Source of the DNA: Terriglobia bacterium
GTDB taxonomy: Bacteria; Pseudomonadota; Alphaproteobacteria; Dongiales; Dongiaceae
Reading direction: 5' to 3'
DNA length: 32,000 bases
NCBI GenBank assembly: GCA_035539075.1
Contig: DATLJB010000078.1
Location: 1-32,000, forward strand
Shown: positions 25,185-32,000 of the stretch, one piece after another
Numbering within the stretch: the first letter of the stretch is position 1
How the letters are laid out: each line of letters begins with the position of its first letter
Notes under the pieces: model-generated
What the model saw: only the letters and a program-made list of their open reading frames with translations
Database searches by the model: none
Told to the model about the DNA's origin: nothing
Translations under genes and position numbers: made by a program

Positions 25185-26447
25185 CTATTGATCGTTGATG
25201 CTCATGGCGAAGCGATTGACGGCGCTGATTGTCGGAAAAGCGGCGGGGTGAACCGCCAATGCCCGCCCCATTTCAAGAGCGCGGCGCTCACAGGCGGCGC
25301 GCCGAGGCTCATCCGAAATGGCTTCCAGTTCGGCCGCATGAGCGAGACCGAGGATACGCCTGTGCATCTCAATTCCTGCAAAGCCGAGGGAATCCCGCCA
25401 GATATCGGTCAGCTGCTGCTGCAAGGCGATTTCACTGCCGACGGCATCATTCGACTCTTCGAAAAATTCGCGTCCCCCCAGAATGCCTGTACGCTCGCGC
25501 CGCCAGAGGTCGGAGAATTCGGCGGTAAAGACCCGCCATATGGTGCGCGCAACTTCGAGGATCCAGGCGCCGTGCTTCTGCGCGGCTTCGCCCGTCTGGT
25601 GACCCTGCTGCGCGAAATAAGCGAGCCAGAAATTTCCCAGCAGCGAACCGATATCAAAGCCCATCGGGCCATAGACGGCAAACTCGGCATCGATCACCCG
25701 GCTATCCGTTTCGGTGACCATGACCGATCCGGTATGGAGGTCGCCATGCAGGAGCGTCTCGGCGCGACTGCAGAATTTCGCCTTCAGCATGCGTGCGGCG
25801 AGCTTGAGGTCCATGTCCTGCCGTGCGGCGCGTGCGCTGCTCTCCAGGCCTGGGGTGTGGCGATTGCGGGAATGAATGATGAATGGATCGGTGAAGAAAA
25901 GATCCTCCGTGATCCCTGTCAGCTCGACGTTCCGGGCAAAGAGCGCGAGATCCGCCTTCCGATCTGCTGTATTCAGGCACAGGTCCGAGCCGCGAAACAG
26001 GGTGCGGGCGAGATAGCGCCCGAGATGCTTGCCAAGATCCGGCAACCGCAGACCGTCGATAAGCGCCTTGCGAAGGATCACATGCGGATGCAGATGCTCC
26101 ATGACGATGAGCGCCTGCTTCTCATCGAAATAGTGAAGCTTCGGTAACCGGCCTGGATCCCGCGCATCGAGGCGCATCAGGGCGTTGTACTCGAAGAAGG
26201 TGCGGTCGAGCGACATCGGCCAGCTGTCGCCGACAACGCGCGCATAAGGCAGCGCCTGCTTGACGACGAGTGAACCCCGGGGGCTTTCGACGATAAAGAT
26301 CAGGTTGAGATTGCCGTCGCCTACTTCCCTGACCCGCCAGTGGGTCGCCGGGCCGAGGAGCTCCTTCAACGCGTGAACAGGGGCAAGCCGTTGAGGCAGG
26401 CTCGCTGCCGTTAACGGTTCGTATCGGGTTTTCTCCAGCACTTTCAT
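25185..26447 (-). CDS. mtnK: 5-methylthioribose kinase
   Basis: EVGDGNLNLIF, LHGDLHTGSVMV and DAEFAVYGPMGFDIG match MtnK/APH-fold hallmarks. The ATG at 26447 (MKVLEK...) puts the GDGNLN motif at the usual distance from the N-terminus. The track ORF starts 16 codons earlier. Confidence 0.88.
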   Translation of the reverse strand: MKVLEKTRYEPLTAASLPQRLAPVHALKELLGPATHWRVREVGDGNLNLIFIVESPRGSLVVKQALPYARVVGDSWPMSLDRTFFEYNALMRLDARDPGRLPKLHYFDEKQALIVMEHLHPHVILRKALIDGLRLPDLGKHLGRYLARTLFRGSDLCLNTADRKADLALFARNVELTGITEDLFFTDPFIIHSRNRHTPGLESSARAARQDMDLKLAARMLKAKFCSRAETLLHGDLHTGSVMVTETDSRVIDAEFAVYGPMGFDIGSLLGNFWLAYFAQQGHQTGEAAQKHGAWILEVARTIWRVFTAEFSDLWRRERTGILGGREFFEESNDAVGSEIALQQQLTDIWRDSLGFAGIEMHRRILGLAHAAELEAISDEPRRAACERRALEMGRALAVHPAAFPTISAVNRFAMSINDQ

Positions 26448-26884
26448 GCGCTTCCGGCCCTGATGATATGTGGCATGACTGCGACCACGGTTCACAGCGA
26501 TCGCGTTGATCGGCAGCTGTTGCTAAGCCAATTCGGTTGCTGCCATCGCCCGGTTACGCCCGGGGACATTTATTTATGTCGTTCGGAGCCGGCCTGAGGA
26601 CGGTATGGCAGGAAGGCCGGTGGCGCAGATATGCGGCGGCAGGGGTCGGCAAGCGTTATAAGAACACCGCCAGGGCACCAAGTCCTTCTTGGCTCTCAGC
26701 CCGCCTAGGGCGGCGCCACACCCGATGCTGTTTGCATTTGCCGCCTTGAATTGCCCGGGCGGGCCGTTCGGTTCCGCGCCTTCGCTCACCGCTTGAGGGC
26801 GGCTGTCGCGCGGGGGCGAGGCAGCTCCGATTTAAGGCGGCAGCTTAAGGTCGCGGCGAAGCGCAAAACGCAGACTGTCATCAA

Positions 26885-26931
26885 ATCGCTGGAAGAGAAT
26901 TTCGCTGTGCTTTAAGCTCCGTTCCAGCGAT
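26885..26931 (+). other. perfect 10-bp inverted repeat (stem-loop) in a long non-coding gap
   Basis: ATCGCTGGAA (26885-26894) and TTCCAGCGAT (26922-26931) with a 27-nt loop. No coding gene overlaps it. Confidence 0.6.
26901..26924 (+). repeat. direct repeat unit TTCGCT-N6-TAAGCTCCGTTC, copy 1
   Basis: The 12-mer TAAGCTCCGTTC (26913-26924) is identical to 27078-27089. TTCGCT precedes both copies. Confidence 0.7.
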
Positions 26932-26953
26932 CTGATCCAGACAGCGATCATCG

Positions 26954-26974
26954 CATCGCCGACCGATGTTTTTT
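26954..26974 (+). terminator. orphan hairpin plus T6 tract (candidate terminator with no upstream plus-strand gene)
   Basis: CATCG (26954-58) pairs with CGATG (26964-68), 5-nt loop, then TTTTTT (26969-74). The stem is short, so the call is weak. Confidence 0.3.
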
Positions 26975-27068
26975 ATTGCCGAGCGCATTCCGCTCCGTCG
27001 TCGGTTATTTCCTTCGCGTCGTCGAATCTGCCGATAAGACAGCGGGGTTGAGCAATGGATTCTTTACA

Positions 27069-27089
27069 TTCGCTCGATAAGCTCCGTTC
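27069..27089 (+). repeat. direct repeat unit TTCGCT-N3-TAAGCTCCGTTC, copy 2 (30 nt upstream of the hydrolase ATG)
   Basis: Exact 12-mer match to 26913-26924. Confidence 0.7.
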
Positions 27090-27118
27090 ATTCAGGCTTT
27101 GAAGATCGGGATCGGATC

Positions 27119-28048
27119 ATGGACAAGACGAAATCGACTTTAGGAAAATGGGCTTGCGCAATCCTTGCCTTGCTGATGTTACCGGCAACAGCTTCCGCGC
27201 AGGAGGTGGTGAAGTTTCCCGCGAACCGGCCGGATATTTCCGAACCCGTTCTTTTGCGCGCCGAACTCTTCAAGCCGGAAGGTGCCGGACCCTTTCCCGC
27301 GGTGGTCTTGATGCATGGCTGCGGCGGCTGGCAGCCGGCCGTCCATTTCGGTCTCGATAATCACGCGCGCTATCTGCGCGACCACGGTTTCGTCGTGCTG
27401 AACTTAGACAGCTTCGGGCCGCGTCATACCGCCGGGGGCAAGCTTTGCAGCAGCGATCCCGCGCTCTACCACGCCCTGGATTACCGGACGCAGGATGCCT
27501 TCGATGGTCTTCATTACCTGCAATCGCTGAAATACGTCGCAGCCGATAAGATATTTCTCATGGGGCAGAGCAATGGTGGCGCCGTGGCGATCCGCGCAGC
27601 CAAGGCCTCGTCGCCCCGCTCGTATAATTCCACGACGGCATTCCGCGGCGTGGTCGCCTACTATCCCTGGTGCGGCGAATTCGGCGGATCGCAGGTTGCT
27701 CTCGCCTCGCCGCTGCTGATCTTCGCCGGCGGCCGGGACAACTGGGTCCCCGCCAGCGAATGCCAAGGCGTGCACGCGACCGGCGCCGATCTCACCTTGA
27801 AGGTCTATCCCACGGCGGTTCATTCCTTCGATCTCGATATCATTCCGCAAAGCTATGGCGGCAAACTGATCGGCGGCGATCCTCAGGCCACGGCAGATAG
27901 TCGCGAAAGGATGCTGGCCTTTTTCGAGCAGAACCTCTCGGCGCCGCGCAAGCCGGTGCCGACGCAGATCGCGCAGACTTCGCTCAGCACGGAGGCAAGC
28001 AATACGCCGCTCGCCAACATGCCCGTGAGCAATGGGAATCGGAAATAG
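27119..28048 (+). CDS. secreted dienelactone-hydrolase-family alpha/beta hydrolase
   Basis: Signal peptide ...LPATASA/QEV. PAVVLMHGCGG, nucleophile elbow GQSNGG, a late Asp (GGRDNWV) and His (AVHSF), as in dienelactone-hydrolase-like enzymes. Confidence 0.78.
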   Translation: MDKTKSTLGKWACAILALLMLPATASAQEVVKFPANRPDISEPVLLRAELFKPEGAGPFPAVVLMHGCGGWQPAVHFGLDNHARYLRDHGFVVLNLDSFGPRHTAGGKLCSSDPALYHALDYRTQDAFDGLHYLQSLKYVAADKIFLMGQSNGGAVAIRAAKASSPRSYNSTTAFRGVVAYYPWCGEFGGSQVALASPLLIFAGGRDNWVPASECQGVHATGADLTLKVYPTAVHSFDLDIIPQSYGGKLIGGDPQATADSRERMLAFFEQNLSAPRKPVPTQIAQTSLSTEASNTPLANMPVSNGNRK

Positions 28049-28087
28049 CCGGACCGCGAGGCGGTACACCTGACTGTCCGAAGGATT

Positions 28088-30283
28088 TCATTTCGGATCG
28101 TGCTCGAATGGTAGTCCGGGCTCGAAGGATAACTGCGTATAAGTCAGCGTGCCGTGATCGAAAACCGCCTCCAGCCGGATCGGGCCCCTGAGACGCTCGA
28201 AGACGCAGATCAGTTTCGACGGGAGCCAGCTTGAGGAGGTCTCGAGATGAGTTTCGATCGTGAGCGTCTCCTTCTCGCCATTGGGGGCGCTTACGCATTG
28301 GCAGCGCATATAGGCGAAGGGTTCCTTGAGATAAGGTGAGAGCGAGAGGCCGAGCCACCGCGCCACAGGATGAGGGACAATCGGTGCGGGCTCTGCCCAT
28401 GTCATCCCCGGTGTCGCCGCGTAAGGGATCGAAGGAATGACCAGGGCTAATAAAGTCAGCAGCGGCGTAGCCGCGCCCTTCACTTCGACGATCCGCCATG
28501 CGTCGGCACCAAGGCTGGCGGTCAATGCGCCGGTGCCGGCGCGATAGATATGCTGCCCGGCCTCATCGAGCAGAACGGTGGTCCGCTGTGTTGAAGTGGA
28601 TTTCGTGCGCCAATGCTTCCGCGGTATTCTGCCGGTGATTTCGGCGGTCCATATAACTGTGCCCGGGGACAGGCTGCCCAAGAGCGCCCGGATGCGTGGA
28701 TCAATCCGGGCTGGCGCGATGATTGTGCCCTGTTCCGGCAACGATGCCGAGTTCCACCGGGACAATGGCCGTTCAGGATCGTTGGAGGACAGGTAGTTCG
28801 CCAGACGGAAAGGAATGGTCGGCGAGCCCAACTGCGACGTCCCTTGCACCTGCACATGCAGATGCGGCACCGGCGAGCGGCCTGAATTGCCGACCTTGCC
28901 GATATAGGTCCCGATATCGACACGCATGCCGGAGGGAACGGCGATCGAATGCTGCTGCAAATGCGCCAGCATGGCCCACCCACCTTGTTCGAGCCGGATG
29001 GTGACGTAGTTGCCCCAGTTGTTTGCATAGTTGCAGATGCCGAGTGGATTGTCGGGCACCGAGGTCTCCAGGTGCTCGATGCGCCCCGCCGCGGGAGCGG
29101 TCACGGCTGCGCCCCATATCGACGTGCCTTCCACCGTCCCGTCGCTCGCGCCGCCGGGCAGAAACTGCAGATCCAGGGCATGGCGCCAAGGACCGACATG
29201 GCTGAGCTGCCCGTCATCACCCTGGGTGATTTGCACCGGGCCCTGCACCGGAACGGTGAGAAATGGCTCCCCGTGACCAGCGCGGCGGGCCCAATAGGCG
29301 TCGCTCCACCAGACTTCCTCGGGCGGCAGGTTGGTGACTCTGTTACGGCGAAAGAGCTTCTGCTCGCTTGCCTGCTGCAGCGCGTAGATGCCGATCCAGA
29401 CGATGAGTATCGACGATACCGGCAGATATCCGTAAGCCGCGTATGGAAAGAGATGCTGGAGCGCCACGGCGATGACCGCGGCACCGCAGCCGCCGATCGC
29501 CGCGATCACCAGGCTGGCCCGCCCGGGCAGCAGAAAGGCGGCGCCCAGACCCATGCCGGCAAGGAAGAAATTGTAGGCTGTCGGCATCCAGTAATAGACG
29601 ACGCCGAGCTTCACGAGGCCAATCGCGGTGGCGACACCGGCGATCCATCCGATGATACCGGCGAGCAAGGCCGATCTTGACCACAGCATGATTGCAAATA
29701 CGAGGATGACGCCGACCTCGGGGGTCGGCTTGAAAAGCAGCGCTCCCAAGCTGCTGAAGAAATGCCTCACCCAGCCCAGCATGTCTGTCGGGACGGGACC
29801 CCATGTCATCACCGCCGATGCTTGATATGTCCAATCCGGAAAAATCGCGAAAAGCATGGCGGCAATGATGCAATAGCCGAAGGTCATGGTGGGCAAGGCT
29901 CTCGGCGTCAGGGCCTTTATAATGGCGGCGGTCACCATCGCCGCCATCACCGCACAGGTCGCGGCAATGGCGATCTGCACTTCCACCGGCACGAAGGAAT
30001 GGGTGAGCCAGGCCGCGGCGATTGCCGACAGCACCGCATTCGCCTTGATGCTGCCATCGACCGGCGAGGAATCAGTGATCTGGCAGCTCCTGGCGATCAT
30101 TTCGGCCAGGGCGATGCCGAGCAGGGCGAAGGCGGCGTGATTCAGATCCTGGAAAACTGCCAGCCAGAGAATGGTGCCGATCCAGGGATCGGCGATCAGG
30201 AAGGCGCCGCCCAACGCCGGTCCGAGAATTGAAACCAGCGGCGTTGGGAACTTCTGCGCGGCTTTGACCGATTGCGACCACAT
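28088..30283 (-). CDS. fusion protein: urea-transporter-like polytopic membrane domain + M23 metallopeptidase domain + ~230-aa C-terminal domain of unknown function
   Basis: ATG at 30283; the track start at 30394 is TTG and would overlap the upstream gene by 74 nt. The N-terminal ~350 aa are hydrophobic with a UT-like G..F....G.L.L.A......A..ALLG pattern. M23 motifs are intact: WRHALD (H-x3-D, codons at 29171-29182) and GNSGRSPVPHLHVQV (HLH at 28855-28863). Confidence 0.75.
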   Translation of the reverse strand: MWSQSVKAAQKFPTPLVSILGPALGGAFLIADPWIGTILWLAVFQDLNHAAFALLGIALAEMIARSCQITDSSPVDGSIKANAVLSAIAAAWLTHSFVPVEVQIAIAATCAVMAAMVTAAIIKALTPRALPTMTFGYCIIAAMLFAIFPDWTYQASAVMTWGPVPTDMLGWVRHFFSSLGALLFKPTPEVGVILVFAIMLWSRSALLAGIIGWIAGVATAIGLVKLGVVYYWMPTAYNFFLAGMGLGAAFLLPGRASLVIAAIGGCGAAVIAVALQHLFPYAAYGYLPVSSILIVWIGIYALQQASEQKLFRRNRVTNLPPEEVWWSDAYWARRAGHGEPFLTVPVQGPVQITQGDDGQLSHVGPWRHALDLQFLPGGASDGTVEGTSIWGAAVTAPAAGRIEHLETSVPDNPLGICNYANNWGNYVTIRLEQGGWAMLAHLQQHSIAVPSGMRVDIGTYIGKVGNSGRSPVPHLHVQVQGTSQLGSPTIPFRLANYLSSNDPERPLSRWNSASLPEQGTIIAPARIDPRIRALLGSLSPGTVIWTAEITGRIPRKHWRTKSTSTQRTTVLLDEAGQHIYRAGTGALTASLGADAWRIVEVKGAATPLLTLLALVIPSIPYAATPGMTWAEPAPIVPHPVARWLGLSLSPYLKEPFAYMRCQCVSAPNGEKETLTIETHLETSSSWLPSKLICVFERLRGPIRLEAVFDHGTLTYTQLSFEPGLPFEHDPK

Positions 30284-30320
30284 TTCGAAGCGCGGACCTT
30301 CCTGGTTATCCTGGCCCCGC

Positions 30321-31751
30321 CTATTTCGGGGCGAGGTGGGCGGGAATCCGTTCCAGATGTTCGATATCTTCCAGCCTTTCCCGCTTGCGGACAATCTCCG
30401 GCTTGCCTTCGGGATCGATCAAAACCACGGCCGGCCGGTAGGAGATGAACTGCATCGATTGGGAAAGGTTGTAGGCCCCCACCGGATGCATGGTCACGGC
30501 ATCGCCCACCTGAAGCGGCGGCAGATCTACATTGTCGCGGATGACGTCGATGGCCATGCATAGCGGGCCATAGATCCGTGACGGTGCGGGCGGCGCGTCG
30601 GCCGACGCCGTCGGCCGCATCGATAGCTGATACCAGGCCGCCGTGAAAAGCAGGTTGATGCCGGCATCGAGGACGTAGCCGATCTTCGGGTCCTCTCCGA
30701 GCACCAACTGCTCCTTGTAGTCCCGCGCGGACAGATCCGAATCGGTCGTCGCCGGCCGGTTCATTCCCTTGACCGCGACGACCGTGCTCAGCAGATAGCC
30801 GGCCTCGTCGATCAGATGCCGGCCGGTTTCCAGGCGCAGCAGCGGCCGCTTCTTTTCCGGCAGGGCGTTCAGGACGTTGGAGATAGCGTCGGCATAGGCT
30901 TCGATGGGCGGAATCACGGCTTCTGCCGGACCGACCATGCCATGCAGCAAGCTAAGGGACGGGAAGCCGCCGCCGAGATTGATGCATTCGACCAGGTGGT
31001 GATGCGCGTCGTGGATGCGCTCACGCAGCGCGACAAGCTTTTGCGCGGCAACACCATAGGCGGATGGCGCCAGGATATAGGTGCCGATATGCGTGTGCAG
31101 CGTATGAAGCCGGAGGTTCGGGTTCTTGACCACACGCACCGCCGCGCGCTCCGCTTCGCCATTTGCCAAGGCAAAGCCGAATTTTGACCAGACCGGCCTT
31201 ATCCCCGCATCGAGCCAGATTCGGAGCCCGACATCGACCGGCTTGTCCGCGTCCTTCACCAGCTCCTCGACGATATTGAGCTCATCCCAGTTATCGATCT
31301 GGACAAGCGCACCTTCCTTGATGGCGCGCGCCAGTATCTCACGGGGCTTGTATGGGCCGTTGAACACGATGTCCTTGCCGGCAAAGCCCAGCTTGCGCGC
31401 TTTCTCGTATTCGAAATCGGAAACGACCTCGGCGATCCAGCCTTCCTGCCGCAAGACCTGGCAGACCACATCGAGATAATTGGTCTTGAAGGACCAGGCG
31501 AAGCTGGTTTTCGGATAACGGCTTTTGAAGGCGCCACGTTCTCGCCTCGCCTTGTCGCGCAGCGTCCGCTCCGAAAAGACGAAGAGCGGCGAGCCGAATT
31601 CGGCGAGAAGCGCCGACACGGGCACGCCGTCGATCTGGGAGATCGTCGGGGCGTGCAAGCCGCGCGCGTAGAAGTTGCGGTCGGAGGCTGCTTGCGGGCT
31701 CGATCGGCCCAGTTCGCCGCTGATGAGGGGCTGGGTATAGGTCTGTGTCAT
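30321..31751 (-). CDS. fold-type III PLP-dependent decarboxylase (Orn/DAP/Arg decarboxylase family)
   Basis: 476 aa. Pattern of the family: ..SPLFVFSE..., FAWSFKTNY (PLP-Lys region), HTHIGT, INLGGGF, ETGRHL..., YGPLCM. Its ATG overlaps the upstream gene's stop (ATGA at 31748-31751). Confidence 0.82.
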   Translation of the reverse strand: MTQTYTQPLISGELGRSSPQAASDRNFYARGLHAPTISQIDGVPVSALLAEFGSPLFVFSERTLRDKARRERGAFKSRYPKTSFAWSFKTNYLDVVCQVLRQEGWIAEVVSDFEYEKARKLGFAGKDIVFNGPYKPREILARAIKEGALVQIDNWDELNIVEELVKDADKPVDVGLRIWLDAGIRPVWSKFGFALANGEAERAAVRVVKNPNLRLHTLHTHIGTYILAPSAYGVAAQKLVALRERIHDAHHHLVECINLGGGFPSLSLLHGMVGPAEAVIPPIEAYADAISNVLNALPEKKRPLLRLETGRHLIDEAGYLLSTVVAVKGMNRPATTDSDLSARDYKEQLVLGEDPKIGYVLDAGINLLFTAAWYQLSMRPTASADAPPAPSRIYGPLCMAIDVIRDNVDLPPLQVGDAVTMHPVGAYNLSQSMQFISYRPAVVLIDPEGKPEIVRKRERLEDIEHLERIPAHLAPK

Positions 31752-32000
31752 GTCGCGAGTTCGCTTTCTAGAGGTGCGCTGTCGGCGGAGCGGCCCAGGT
31801 CTTCAATGCGCTGACCGGTGGTGACGAAACGGGCGACATCGCCGATATCGGCCACCAGATCGATGCTGTGCCGGATGAACATCTGCCCCGGCGTGCTATG
31901 CCGCAGGGGCTCTGGCTTGTGATGGAGCAAGCCCTCCAGCAGGCGCACCGGCAGGTTGCAATCGATCTGCGAGGGAAAGTCGACCCATGCGGGGAAGCGT
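31748..32000 (-). CDS. C-terminal 83 codons of an ATP-grasp-like ligase (5' part outside window)
   Basis: The frame is open to the window edge: RFPAWVDFPSQIDCNLPVRLLEGLL.... This resembles the (N)PR(F/L)...G.N.P..L...L.G tail of ATP-grasp enzymes. Only a fragment is visible. Confidence 0.45.
   Translation of the reverse strand, partial: RFPAWVDFPSQIDCNLPVRLLEGLLHHKPEPLRHSTPGQMFIRHSIDLVADIGDVARFVTTGQRIEDLGRSADSAPLESELAT

Noticed and set aside
30284-30394. Upstream TTG start for the UT-M23 fusion, giving 768 aa and a 74-nt overlap with the decarboxylase gene.
   Set aside because: The track start is TTG and the extra 37 residues are hydrophilic and uninformative. The first ATG (30283) lies 37 nt after the decarboxylase stop. 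The long form cannot be fully excluded without proteomic or ribosome-profiling data.
1-32000. Screen for CRISPR arrays, rRNA genes, transposases or IS ends, toxin-antitoxin pairs and recognisable defence genes.
   Set aside because: No regularly spaced repeats, no rRNA-like sequence, and no ORF with transposase, integrase, nuclease or defence-type motifs was seen by eye on either strand.

Overview
GC-rich chromosomal segment whose proteins look alphaproteobacterial, probably Rhizobiales (inference). No integrase, transposase or CRISPR array is recognisable. Coding density is high, and most long antisense or out-of-frame ORFs in the track are GC artefacts. Left to right: panB (partial)-panC, a small conserved protein, gpt, a lipoprotein gene, tRNA-Arg(ACG), and a decayed chemoreceptor relic. 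A long sulfur-acquisition block follows: metQ-metN-metI, ssuA-ssuC-ssuB, a second sulfonate-type ABC system with a Tat-signal binding protein, divergent ssuD / FAD-NAD(P)-binding protein / ssuE-like FMN reductase, and a Cys/Met-family PLP enzyme. Next is a glycosylation-type cluster: DUF2064-like, GT2, an SDR epimerase with a Cys/His insertion, an ArnE/F-like small membrane protein, and a convergent large polytopic membrane protein. Then comes a minus-strand run of mtnK, a PRC-barrel protein, a b-type cytochrome and a small molybdopterin oxidoreductase. After a ~670-nt non-coding gap and a secreted dienelactone-hydrolase-like gene, the right edge holds the best candidate for an undescribed system. 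It is a tightly packed minus-strand set: an ATP-grasp-like gene (partial), a fold-type III PLP decarboxylase, and a fusion of a urea-transporter-like membrane domain, an M23 metallopeptidase and an unknown C-terminal domain. The other main sequence-level observation is a cis-element with identical spacing upstream of ssuA and ssuD. All family assignments come from reading motifs by eye; no searches were run.
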